Positions 1-9,407 of a stretch of 64,000 nt of DNA are shown here, piece by piece. A model generated the notes under the pieces. That model did no database searches. It was not told the DNA's origin and saw only the letters and a list, made by a program, of their open reading frames with translations. Both the position numbers and the translations under genes were made by a program. How positions within the stretch are numbered: the stretch's first letter is position 1; each line of letters begins with the position of its first letter. This DNA comes from Candidatus Komeilibacteria bacterium CG11_big_fil_rev_8_21_14_0_20_36_20 (GTDB lineage Bacteria > Patescibacteriota > Patescibacteriia > UBA1558 > GWA2-36-10), in the NCBI GenBank assembly GCA_002787405.1, contig PCWQ01000007.1:31296-95295 (forward strand), in the 5' to 3' direction.

Positions 1-942
1 TACAGCCATCTCTGTTATTTTCTTCCAATCAATCCCTCGACCATTATCAGAAACCTCCACTTGGATCTGATCATTTTGCAAAGAAGCTTCAATTATAATG
101 CGTCCATCTTTCTGTTGAGAGCTAATGCCGTGCACCACTGCATTGGTTAATAATTGAATGACAATCTCCACTAATTCATCAATAATCGCCTTATCTAGAG
201 ACAGGTCATTATCTCTAATCACCAATTCCACATTTTTGCCTTCCTTATTGGCAATATCCCTCACCAAATAAGGCAAAGAAGAAAATATCTGCGATAAAGA
301 TACTATTCTCATTTTCTCCAACTCTCGCTTTAAATTGATAACAATCCTATCAATCTCCATATATGAACTCAAAATTTTGGTATCACCAATTTCTTTAGCT
401 AAGCCCTTAGCTCCCATAATATTGATTAATAAATCATCTAATAAGTTATGCAGGGTATTCAAATTATAGGTGGATAATGTGATTTCAGTTGGTGTATACC
501 AGCTATAAGACATGCTGGATTTTTTGGAACCAGCACCTTGGCGGGACCCTTTAGATTTTTTTTCTACCTGTTTCAAAAACCTATTTAAAAAACTGCTATA
601 TTTAGTTAAATTAATCTCTTGGCCTTTATTTTTTATAGACTTAAAATTAGACTGCAAAACCTCTAAATAATCAAAAAAAGTATCCATGATTTTCTGATTA
701 ACCGATAATTCTTGACGATAAGCGGCGCTGAACACATCTTCAATAGAATGAAGCAAAATTACTGTCTTTTTATAACCCATCGTAGCAGAAGCTCCTTTCA
801 TAGAATGGATCAAACGCAAAATGTCTTCAATTATATCTCTATTTTGCGTCTCTTTTTCCAAGGAAATAAATAAGTCAGCCAGCTTCTTTAATTGCTTACT
901 CGCTGTCGCTACGTAAAAATCTTTATACTTCTCACTAATCAT
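1..942 (-). CDS. cheA: CheA-like chemotaxis histidine kinase (3' part outside window)
   Basis: Not in the ORF track. Hand translation from ATG at 942 is open to the window edge: Hpt motif ILRLIHSMKGASATMGY, dimerisation segment LHNLLDDLLIN...KMRIV, N-box QLLTNAVVHGI, G1 box VSDNGRGIDW. Overlaps the cheW stop by 8 nt. Confidence 0.92.
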   Translation of the reverse strand, partial: MISEKYKDFYVATASKQLKKLADLFISLEKETQNRDIIEDILRLIHSMKGASATMGYKKTVILLHSIEDVFSAAYRQELSVNQKIMDTFFDYLEVLQSNFKSIKNKGQEINLTKYSSFLNRFLKQVEKKSKGSRQGAGSKKSSMSYSWYTPTEITLSTYNLNTLHNLLDDLLINIMGAKGLAKEIGDTKILSSYMEIDRIVINLKRELEKMRIVSLSQIFSSLPYLVRDIANKEGKNVELVIRDNDLSLDKAIIDELVEIVIQLLTNAVVHGISSQQKDGRIIIEASLQNDQIQVEVSDNGRGIDWKKITEMAV

Positions 943-1369
943 AAATATCAACTATTTTCCAGATTTCTTCTGGATATAAAATATAAACTTTATTTTGCCC
1001 TACTTTAATATACTTCTTGAAATATACCTGAGATTTATCAGTTAAAACTCCCTTAACAGTCACTGTTTCACCTCCTTTTGTAGCCAATAAAGCATAAGTA
1101 TCATTTTGAAAGTCAAAGAGTAGACATTGCTTATCTTCCTGACTCTCTTTGATTTTATTTTTGGGAAAGACTTTCTGTAATATTTTAAATGTATTCAAGA
1201 CCGTCACTATTCTACCTTTATTATAAATCAAGCCAACAATATTAATATTAACCTTTGGTATTGGAGTAATATTGCCACCGTCGATAAATTGAGTACCTGG
1301 CAAAAGCGGCAAAGCCCATAGCTTTTGCTCGATCATGAATAAAACAAATTTTTCTGATTTAACAGCCAT
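935..1369 (-). CDS. cheW: CheW-like coupling protein
   Basis: ITPIPKVNINIVGLIYNKGRIVTVLN resembles the CheW ITxVP..VxGVxNxRGxIxPV motif; lies between MCP and cheA. Confidence 0.8.
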   Translation of the reverse strand: MAVKSEKFVLFMIEQKLWALPLLPGTQFIDGGNITPIPKVNINIVGLIYNKGRIVTVLNTFKILQKVFPKNKIKESQEDKQCLLFDFQNDTYALLATKGGETVTVKGVLTDKSQVYFKKYIKVGQNKVYILYPEEIWKIVDIYD

Positions 1370-1370
1370 T

Positions 1371-2519
1371 TTAAGTTTTGCCGACTAAACTATTTAAAGT
1401 GCCAGTTACTTTATTCAAAGATCTTGATGATCTGTTCAGGTTTCTAGTAACGGCTGATTGTTGATCAATAATCTTAGTGATATCATTTGTCTGTTTAACC
1501 AGAGATTTAGCTTCATTGTTTAAATCGCCGATCATGGAATTAATTTTACTAGCTTCATTGTCGGTCTCCTCTGTTTCTTTACTAATTACTTTAATGCTCT
1601 GCGATATGCTACTGACATTATTAATTATACGACCTAAAAATTTAATTGCTTGAGTGATAATATTAATACTTTTACTTGTCTCTTCCTGTTCAAAAATAAC
1701 TGTTTGCTTAGACTGCTGGATTTGCCTCTGCATATCTTTAGCTAGTGTCTGAATGCTGGTCGCTGCCTGTTCCGTATTAATATTCAACTCTCTAATCTGT
1801 AAAACTAAATCCGAAAATGCTTCGCTAAAAGAAGTTTTATTGGCCTCAATAGAAACATTAAGACTTAAAAAATTAGCTGTTTCAGTCAGAGCTTCCGCTC
1901 GTTTGGCAATATTTTGCACTTGCGTGGCATATTCACCTAAAGCCTGGGTTAATTTCTGGTTTTCAGTGGCTAAATGCTTCAGAACCACCAAACTATCTAG
2001 AGACAACTTAGCTTGATCTCCGCCTTGGCTAGCTAATTTGTCAATTCTAACAGCATCTTGGGCAGATGCTTTTGTCTTTTGAGTAATTTGATTAAGGGAT
2101 TGCACCATCTCTTCTACTGCCTGATTGCCAGACTTTAATCCTTTTTGCTGTTGACGACTACTAGCCAACAGAAATTGGGCTACTTGACTATTATCTTTAC
2201 TAATTTCTAATAAATCCTGAATCGATTTAGATAAAGACTTAACTACTCTGGATAACTCTTGCACCGAAATATGAATAGGTTTGGTAATCAGCCCAGCTAA
2301 ATATTTAGTGGCTATCAGCGACAAAATTAAAACAAAGGCCAATGATATAAAGATGCCCAACAAAACCGCTCTTTGCAATCCTGAAGTATCAATGGTATTC
2401 ATTTCCGGTTTAAAAGCGTAAAAAATAATAAATAAAATGGCGATTGGTAAGAATGAAACGCCAATAAACCAAAAAATAAACTGCAGATAAATTTTTGTTT
2501 CGGCTAACTTCACTGCCAA
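1371..2519 (-). CDS. Methyl-accepting chemotaxis-like receptor (two TM helices, degenerate signalling tip)
   Basis: Two N-terminal TM helices, ITKPI HAMP-like start, long coiled coil, tip ANFLSLNVSIEANK (canonical [14 protein letters not shown]). Start codon uncertain (TTG/GTG). Confidence 0.8.
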   Translation of the reverse strand: MAVKLAETKIYLQFIFWFIGVSFLPIAILFIIFYAFKPEMNTIDTSGLQRAVLLGIFISLAFVLILSLIATKYLAGLITKPIHISVQELSRVVKSLSKSIQDLLEISKDNSQVAQFLLASSRQQQKGLKSGNQAVEEMVQSLNQITQKTKASAQDAVRIDKLASQGGDQAKLSLDSLVVLKHLATENQKLTQALGEYATQVQNIAKRAEALTETANFLSLNVSIEANKTSFSEAFSDLVLQIRELNINTEQAATSIQTLAKDMQRQIQQSKQTVIFEQEETSKSINIITQAIKFLGRIINNVSSISQSIKVISKETEETDNEASKINSMIGDLNNEAKSLVKQTNDITKIIDQQSAVTRNLNRSSRSLNKVTGTLNSLVGKT

Positions 2520-2564
2520 AATTATAACTTTTTATCTCCTAAATTATAACATATTCTAGCCCTA

Positions 2565-2610
2565 AAAACAAAATCGTCTAGCCAAAATAGACTAGAACGA
2601 CTGGACGAGA
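2565..2610 (-). terminator. Putative intrinsic terminator after the O-antigen-ligase-like gene
   Basis: Minus strand TCGTTCTAGTC-TATTTT-GGCTAGACGA followed by TTTTGTTTTT. Confidence 0.5.
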
Positions 2611-2624
2611 TAATTAGAATAAAA

Positions 2625-4739
2625 CTATCTTATAAAACTATTAATCATCTCCGCCAAAGCAGACTGATTATTCTCCTCTAATTGCCTGGCAAATTGTTGG
2701 AGATGTTGATACTCATCATCCGTCAAGGCCTGCTTTCTTTCTGAAAAATTAATTTCCCTAATCTTATTTAGATTCTCCTCCATACCTGACAAATCGCCAC
2801 TAATCAAATAAACCTGGAACAGATTCCAATAGACCGGTTTAGCCCAAGGAGCTAGATTTTTTAATTCTATAGCGTTCTCCTCAGCCGCCTGAATATCACC
2901 GAAGATTAAATAGGTTCTAGTTAATTGTAAATAAATATCCGGCCTCTGGGGAGCTTGATTTTTTAATTTATTTAATAAATCAAGATTTTTTAAAATAAAC
3001 TCCTGATCAATTGTCGCAAAATCACTATAAAAACTGGACAGCATCATGTTTAACCTAACGTCGTAGGGATGCCTTTTACTCTCCTCTTCTAGATAACCCT
3101 CCACCAAGACAAACAACTTAGTTTTACTTTGATCATCAAGATAAGGATTAGTGGATACGTTTAGCATCATTTGCAATAAAACCTCCACTTTCTCTTTCTC
3201 GCCTAAACTACTTAAAGTAAAGGACCGCTGCCACTCCTCCAGGGCTTGATCAAAACTTTGCTGATCCCGAGCTAAGCTAATATTTCTAAATGATTTAGTT
3301 AATAATAAATTGCTTCCCAGTGGATTCCAGAAAAAAGTTAAAGAAAAACTAATGATAATCATTAAACTCAGTAAAGCATGAACTCCGTGTCCTCTTTTAA
3401 AAGGAATATGATCTCTCTTTTGTTGCTTAACACCGACCATAAATAAAAAAGAAAGGATCAGATACAAGATAAGGTTAGTATTTAAATTATCAAAAATAAA
3501 AAAATCATGAAACAGAAAACTTATCAGGAAAGCGATCCAAAAAAAACTAAAAAACCAATCATTATCCTGTTTATATTTTTGATATAAATAAAATATCAAG
3601 AAAACAAACACTGACAGATACAAAAAAAATCCGACAATACCCCCTTGCACCAAATGCTGAACTAAAATATTATGAGGCCGATCAAACCATAATTCCGAAC
3701 TTTCATCACGAAAAATTTCTATGGGAAAATAACCATTAAAAACATAATGAAAATTTTCTTCACCCCAACCCAATAAAGGCCTCTCCTGAACACCTCGCCA
3801 GCTATTACGCCAGATAGTTAAACGGGATTGAGTGGTAATATCATTTAAAGAAATGTGGGTTAATTTATAAGCCAGATGAATTCTGTCTACCCAGGCGCTA
3901 TCTTTTTGTTGCCATAATAATCCCAACAGTAAAAAGCTAGCCAACAAAATCCCTAGAGCAAAATAATACCCTGCCTTTCTTTCCCTTCTTTTAAACCAAA
4001 GATAGAATATTATTAATAAGAATATAAAAAATGCTAGACCTAAAAATGCCCCTCTAGTTTGAGTGACTATTAAAATAAAAATAAATAAACCGACGCTTAG
4101 AATATACCAAAAATTCAAAAAAGACCAACCTTTTAACCTTAATCTATTAAATAAGAGATAAACTGCCACTACTGTCTGAAGGAACATATATGACCCAACA
4201 TAAGCCGCATTACCTAAAGTGGAAGTTAATCTGCCTCCACCATATGATGGTAAAATAAAATTTAAATTAAATTGCTGCCCTAAAGCAACTAAAGCGACCA
4301 GCCAGGCGGCAATCAGAGAAATATTGAGAAGCTGCCGCCAAGATTTAGTGCTATTAACAACTCCCAACAAAACAAAAATATACATTAACAAATGATACCA
4401 ATTCACCAATCCATCCATTCTTTCAAAATTGCTCCAGAAACTAAAAGAAAAATTCATTCCCAGAAGACTGGAAACTGTTAACCCGATGACAAATAAAAAT
4501 ATAAAAATAAAAGCTTTATTAAATTTTGGACGAAAACTTTTGTTAGTTAGAATTAAATAAAAATAAAGACCAAAAATAATATCTATAATTAAACGAAAAA
4601 ATAAATTTCTTGGAACGATGAAAGGAAAATAAAAACCATCAATCACCACTAAAGGCAAAAATAGAACCAATAACAGCCCGATTTTAATTAATAATAATAG
4701 GCAATTATCCAGTCTGTTTAATTGAGATAAAACACGCAT
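2625..4739 (-). CDS. O-antigen ligase / O-oligosaccharyltransferase family (Wzy_C) membrane protein with TPR-like C-terminus
   Basis: About 12 TM helices; RLTSTLGNAAYVG, TQTRGAFLG, SRLTIW, PLLGWGEENF, WFDRPHN. Confidence 0.85.
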   Translation of the reverse strand: MRVLSQLNRLDNCLLLLIKIGLLLVLFLPLVVIDGFYFPFIVPRNLFFRLIIDIIFGLYFYLILTNKSFRPKFNKAFIFIFLFVIGLTVSSLLGMNFSFSFWSNFERMDGLVNWYHLLMYIFVLLGVVNSTKSWRQLLNISLIAAWLVALVALGQQFNLNFILPSYGGGRLTSTLGNAAYVGSYMFLQTVVAVYLLFNRLRLKGWSFLNFWYILSVGLFIFILIVTQTRGAFLGLAFFIFLLIIFYLWFKRRERKAGYYFALGILLASFLLLGLLWQQKDSAWVDRIHLAYKLTHISLNDITTQSRLTIWRNSWRGVQERPLLGWGEENFHYVFNGYFPIEIFRDESSELWFDRPHNILVQHLVQGGIVGFFLYLSVFVFLIFYLYQKYKQDNDWFFSFFWIAFLISFLFHDFFIFDNLNTNLILYLILSFLFMVGVKQQKRDHIPFKRGHGVHALLSLMIIISFSLTFFWNPLGSNLLLTKSFRNISLARDQQSFDQALEEWQRSFTLSSLGEKEKVEVLLQMMLNVSTNPYLDDQSKTKLFVLVEGYLEEESKRHPYDVRLNMMLSSFYSDFATIDQEFILKNLDLLNKLKNQAPQRPDIYLQLTRTYLIFGDIQAAEENAIELKNLAPWAKPVYWNLFQVYLISGDLSGMEENLNKIREINFSERKQALTDDEYQHLQQFARQLEENNQSALAEMINSFIR

Positions 4740-4800
4740 TGTTAATAAATAAAGGCAATAAAAAGATAATCCATAAATAAACTAAATAAATAATAAAAAT

Positions 4801-4829
4801 TTGACAGTTAAGGTTATTTATATTATAAT
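4801..4829 (+). promoter_or_regulatory. Consensus sigma70 promoter
   Basis: TTGACA (4801-4806), 17 bp spacer, TATAAT (4824-4829), 25 bp upstream of ATG 4855. Confidence 0.85.
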
Positions 4830-4854
4830 ATAAAATACTATTTAATTCAAGCAA

Positions 4855-6219
4855 ATGAAAAAAATTACCCTATTTATCATTGACATTGTTTTACTCTATG
4901 CGAGTTTAGCTCTAACTTTATGGCTGCGCTATGGCCAGATCAACAAAGATTTATGGATGAGACATTTCTGGCCTTTTTCTATAATCTTTGCTCTTTGGAT
5001 TGTTGTTTTTTTTATTAATGGCTTATATGAAATACGTAAAGTTAGAAATGATTTTAAATTTTATGGAAATTTAATTCAAAATTTGCTAATCAATGCTCTG
5101 CTAGCCGTCTTAGTTTTTTATGTAATCTTAGGTAACTTCACCACCTTAAAACCGCAAACAGTTTTAGTTGTCCTGTTAATTATTTTTACAATACTTTTCC
5201 TTGTCTGGCGCAGATTATTTTACGAACTTATTTCCAGCGCTACCCTCAGAGACAATCTAGCTATTATCGGGATTAATGAAGGGTCACTACTCTTAGCTGA
5301 AGAAATCATTACTAAACCGCACCTGGGTTATAATTTAAAACTAATCATCAATCCCGATTATTCTTTGATCCCTGAAAAATTTCACATTATCTCTATTAGT
5401 AAAGATATCTCTGATTTAAAAAATCAACTAGTCACCCACAAAATTAACACTGTGGTCAGCGTTAATAACCCGAAATACAGTCCCGAAGTGGCTCGGTATT
5501 TATTTGAAACTATTGATTTAAAAATACAATATCTGAACCTCACCGACTTTTATGAAAAAGTTACTGGAAAAATACTGGTTACTGCTTTGGAGCGCAACTG
5601 GTTTCTAGAAAATATCACCAGAAAAAATAATGAATTATTTAAAGCTACTAAAAGAACCATCGATATAGTTTGCTCTGTTATTTTTGGCTTAATATCATTA
5701 ATTATTATGCCTATCCTCGCTCTATTAATTAAATCAGAATCAAAGGGTCCTTTAATTTATAAACAGGAACGAGTAGGGTTAAACGGCAAAAAAATCACGG
5801 TCTATAAATTTCGTTCTATGGTTCACAATGCAGAAACTACTCAAGAAATCTGGGCCCAAAAAAACGATAATCGGATCACCCGCATAGGCAAATTTATTCG
5901 TAAAACTCGGCTGGATGAAATACCCCAATTTTGGAATATCTTCAGAGGCAATATGAGTTTTGTCGGGCCAAGACCGGAAAGGCCTAAATTTGTAGAGCAA
6001 CTCAAAAAAAAGGTGCCTTTTTATAACGAAAGGCATCTGGTCAAACCTGGCTTAACCGGCTGGGCGCAAATCAATTTCCCCTATGGATCTTCAATTGAAG
6101 ATGCCCATGAAAAACTGCAATATGATCTGTTCTATATAAAAAATCAGTCAATCTCCTTAGATATTTCCATTATTTTAAAAACTATTAACGCTATTTTTAG
6201 TATTAATCTAGGCAGATAA
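4855..6219 (+). CDS. Undecaprenyl-phosphate sugar-1-phosphate transferase (WcaJ/WbaP-type initiating enzyme)
   Basis: Four N-terminal TM helices; KRTIDI, YKFRSM, RLDEIPQFWNI..GNMSFVGPRPERP, VKPGLTGWAQI, YDLFYIKN. Confidence 0.92.
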   Translation: MKKITLFIIDIVLLYASLALTLWLRYGQINKDLWMRHFWPFSIIFALWIVVFFINGLYEIRKVRNDFKFYGNLIQNLLINALLAVLVFYVILGNFTTLKPQTVLVVLLIIFTILFLVWRRLFYELISSATLRDNLAIIGINEGSLLLAEEIITKPHLGYNLKLIINPDYSLIPEKFHIISISKDISDLKNQLVTHKINTVVSVNNPKYSPEVARYLFETIDLKIQYLNLTDFYEKVTGKILVTALERNWFLENITRKNNELFKATKRTIDIVCSVIFGLISLIIMPILALLIKSESKGPLIYKQERVGLNGKKITVYKFRSMVHNAETTQEIWAQKNDNRITRIGKFIRKTRLDEIPQFWNIFRGNMSFVGPRPERPKFVEQLKKKVPFYNERHLVKPGLTGWAQINFPYGSSIEDAHEKLQYDLFYIKNQSISLDISIILKTINAIFSINLGR

Positions 6220-6232
6220 AACTTTTAACCCT

Positions 6233-7216
6233 ATGAAAAATAAAAAATCAAACCTAAAAAATAAGACTATTCTTGTAACCGGCAGCGCCGGTTTCATTGG
6301 TTTTCATTTATCTAAGAGACTTTTAGAAGAAGGTGTCAAAATAATCGGACTAGACAATTTCAATAATTATTATGATCCCCAACTGAAAGAATCTCGAAAT
6401 AAAATCCTGGAAAAGTTTGATAACTTTAAGTTATATAGAGGCGACCTAACTGATTTAAATTTTGTCAAGAAAATTTTTCAAGAAAATAAAATTGATAAGG
6501 TTTGCCATCTAGCCGCTCAAGCTGGGGTAAGATACAGCTTAATTAACCCCTACGCCTATATTCAATCCAACTTAGTCGGCTTTCATCATATTATTGACGA
6601 AGCTAAAAATGCCGGCATCAAAGACTTCATCTATGCTTCCAGTAGTTCTGTTTACGGTAATAATAAAAAGGTTCCTTTTTCTGTAGATGATAGGATTGAT
6701 CATCCAATATCATTATACGCAGCCACTAAAAAATCTAATGAACTCCTAGCTCATACTTACCATCATCTTTATGACATGAATTGCACCGGTCTACGATTTT
6801 TTACAGTCTATGGCCCTTATGGCCGTCCAGATATGGCTTTATTTCTATTTACCAAAGCTATTCTAGAGAATCAACCAATTAAAGTATTTAACTTCGGCAA
6901 AATGGAAAGAGACTTTACTTATATTGATGATATTATTGATGGGGTTGTTTCCAGCTTAGAATATTCTTATCCCTATGAAATATTCAATCTAGGCAATAAT
7001 CAACCGGTCAAACTTGAAGATTTCATCCAACACATTGAAAATGAATTAAACCAAAAAGCCCAAAAAGAATATTTACCGATCCAACCCGGTGACGTGCCTA
7101 AAACTTTTGCGGATATAACCAGCAGCAAAGAAAAACTTAACTATCAACCCACTACACCTATAAAAAAAGGAATTAATAAATTTATGAATTGGTATAAAGA
7201 CTATTATAAAATATAA
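6233..7216 (+). CDS. NAD-dependent epimerase, UDP-glucuronate 4-epimerase (CapI/Uge-like)
   Basis: VTGSAGFIGFH, HLAAQAGVRYS, SLYAATKKSNE, RFFTVYGPYGRPDMA. Confidence 0.9.
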   Translation: MKNKKSNLKNKTILVTGSAGFIGFHLSKRLLEEGVKIIGLDNFNNYYDPQLKESRNKILEKFDNFKLYRGDLTDLNFVKKIFQENKIDKVCHLAAQAGVRYSLINPYAYIQSNLVGFHHIIDEAKNAGIKDFIYASSSSVYGNNKKVPFSVDDRIDHPISLYAATKKSNELLAHTYHHLYDMNCTGLRFFTVYGPYGRPDMALFLFTKAILENQPIKVFNFGKMERDFTYIDDIIDGVVSSLEYSYPYEIFNLGNNQPVKLEDFIQHIENELNQKAQKEYLPIQPGDVPKTFADITSSKEKLNYQPTTPIKKGINKFMNWYKDYYKI

Positions 7217-7291
7217 TGTTTCAAAATTTAAGGCATAAGAGTTATTTTAATTGCAAATAAGCTTATAACTCCCAATAATTGGCCTATATAA

Positions 7292-8047
7292 CTATACAAT
7301 TATTTTGATAATAATACCTTTACCAAATAATTTAGGGAATATTTTATTTAAAATCGGAAGCCCTTCGTAAATTATAATCTTGTCCAATTTTAAATTTAAA
7401 GCCTTGCTCCACCATCTAACATCCTCTGCTGTCCAAAAACGCAAATGCTCTCCAGGATGAGCCATCCACTGCACAGGAAAACGGCCGCATAACAACCTCA
7501 AACGATGAATATAGTAACCTGTGTTGGGTATAGAGAAAATCAGTGCTTTCCTAGCTTTACTTTTTATATTTAAAACGAATTCCTCTGAGTTAGACATGTG
7601 TTCAATAATCTCTAACCCCAATATATAATCCACCTCCGGCAAATTCTTTAAATTATCAAAATTATTGATATCCATAGTTATTGTTTTGATACCTTCCTGT
7701 TTAGCTTTAACTAAAATTTCACTACTAATATCAACACCAATTCCATTTATACTCATCTTCTCCTTTAAATATTTTAAGATTCCACCATCTCCACAACCTA
7801 TATCTAGAACTTCTGAATTTGGCTCTAACATATCTAAAATATATTTTAGCCTTTGTTTTTGCCAACCAGACAAAACAGAAACCGACCCTTTTCTTTTTAA
7901 TTTCCAATATTTATTATAATCAACGGCTGTGCCGTTATTTAAATCACACCTTGGATAATTAAATAATGACGAAAAATCCCGTTTAATTTTGTATAAAAAA
8001 ATTTTAAACATATTATTAGACATATATATTAGTTTTATATAACTCAA
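7292..8047 (-). CDS. Class I SAM methyltransferase (MetW-like)
   Basis: VLDIGCGDG, EIIEH, SIPN, HLRFWT; real start may be slightly downstream. Confidence 0.8.
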   Translation of the reverse strand: MSYIKLIYMSNNMFKIFLYKIKRDFSSLFNYPRCDLNNGTAVDYNKYWKLKRKGSVSVLSGWQKQRLKYILDMLEPNSEVLDIGCGDGGILKYLKEKMSINGIGVDISSEILVKAKQEGIKTITMDINNFDNLKNLPEVDYILGLEIIEHMSNSEEFVLNIKSKARKALIFSIPNTGYYIHRLRLLCGRFPVQWMAHPGEHLRFWTAEDVRWWSKALNLKLDKIIIYEGLPILNKIFPKLFGKGIIIKIIV

Positions 8048-8093
8048 TAATGTCTTTTGCTATATTTTCACTTAATTAATCAACCTATGATTA

Positions 8094-9407
8094 TTAAGAC
8101 AATCTCTCGAAACTAGAATGCACCACTGGCCCTTCTAATAAATCATAAAGTTTATGTGATACAACCGCTTGCTCTAATAAATTACAAACCTTTTCTGCTG
8201 CCTTCACATATAATTTGGCATAATCTTCTGTGAGGCTATAACTAACATATATAGTAGCCGAAGCCAAAACGCCTCTTTTAAGCATTTCTTGAGTAAATAA
8301 GGTACGAATAGCTTGACTATCTTTACCATAATCAAAAAAAAGATGAATCAATGGCGGTAATCCACTAATCTTAAGTTTCAAACCGCTATTTTCAGCTGAT
8401 GTCTTTAATCCTTTTATTATTAAGCGTCCAATTTTATCAAGCTGTTTAGGGACATCTTTGTCTATCATCTTCTTAATGGTCGTTATAGCCGCCATTGGGC
8501 CAACCCTCTCTGTCCAATAAGAACTGCTAATAAATGAAGTTTGAGCCGCTTGCATAACATTCCTATTGCCAATAATAGCCGCCATTGGGAAACCATTGCT
8601 CATTCCCTTAGCAAAAACAGCTATGTCAGGATTTACGTCGTATTTTAGATGAGCACCCCCAACATTAAGACGCCAAGCAATGGTTACTTCATCAAAAATG
8701 AGAACCGCTCCAATTTTATCAGCCAGATTTCTTATTTTTTTTAAAAAATCATCCTCTGGCTCATCATTCCTTAAAGGCTCCATAACAATTGCGCCAATAT
8801 CATTGTTTTTTAAAACAATATCCTCTAACTCCTTTATTTTATTATAGTGAAAAGGGATCGCTGTGCCAGCCAGCCCTCTTGGCACGCCCCTTGGCTCTAA
8901 TCCTGCTAATAAATGCCCATCCAGATGTTTATCGTTAAATAAATTAGCAGCTAAATACCAATCATGCCAACCATGATAGCCACAAAAAGCAATCTTATCT
9001 TTCCCTGAATATGCCCGAGCGATTCTGACAGCTACTGCCATTGCTTCTCCGCCACCTCTGGTATATCTAACCATCTCGGCCCAAGGATGCAATTTACATA
9101 GCAACTTCGCCAATTCTACATCTTCAGGAGAATTGAGTGTACAGATAGAACCTGATCTAATTACTTTTTCTACTGCTTCATTGACATCTGGATCGGCATA
9201 ACCCAATATACAAGCACCGACGCTAGCATAAGTATCAATATATTCATTGCCATCTAAATCCCAAACTTTAACGCCTTCCGCTTTTTTAAAATAAGAAGGC
9301 CAATGTTCTGGCAAAAACATCTCTGAACGTTTTGATAGTAATTGTGTTCCACCTGGAATAATTTTCTTTGCTTCGTTCCATAATAGAACACCTTTTGTTG
9401 ACTTCAT
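8094..9407 (-). CDS. Class III PLP aminotransferase (GSA-aminomutase-like), probably a sugar aminotransferase
   Basis: IIPGG, WDLDGNEYID, GYHGWHDW, LIFDEV, FAKGMSNGFP; glycan-cluster context. Confidence 0.85.
   Translation of the reverse strand: MKSTKGVLLWNEAKKIIPGGTQLLSKRSEMFLPEHWPSYFKKAEGVKVWDLDGNEYIDTYASVGACILGYADPDVNEAVEKVIRSGSICTLNSPEDVELAKLLCKLHPWAEMVRYTRGGGEAMAVAVRIARAYSGKDKIAFCGYHGWHDWYLAANLFNDKHLDGHLLAGLEPRGVPRGLAGTAIPFHYNKIKELEDIVLKNNDIGAIVMEPLRNDEPEDDFLKKIRNLADKIGAVLIFDEVTIAWRLNVGGAHLKYDVNPDIAVFAKGMSNGFPMAAIIGNRNVMQAAQTSFISSSYWTERVGPMAAITTIKKMIDKDVPKQLDKIGRLIIKGLKTSAENSGLKLKISGLPPLIHLFFDYGKDSQAIRTLFTQEMLKRGVLASATIYVSYSLTEDYAKLYVKAAEKVCNLLEQAVVSHKLYDLLEGPVVHSSFERLS

Noticed and set aside
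8094-9407. hemL (tetrapyrrole synthesis)
   Set aside because: No other hem genes; the context favours a sugar aminotransferase.
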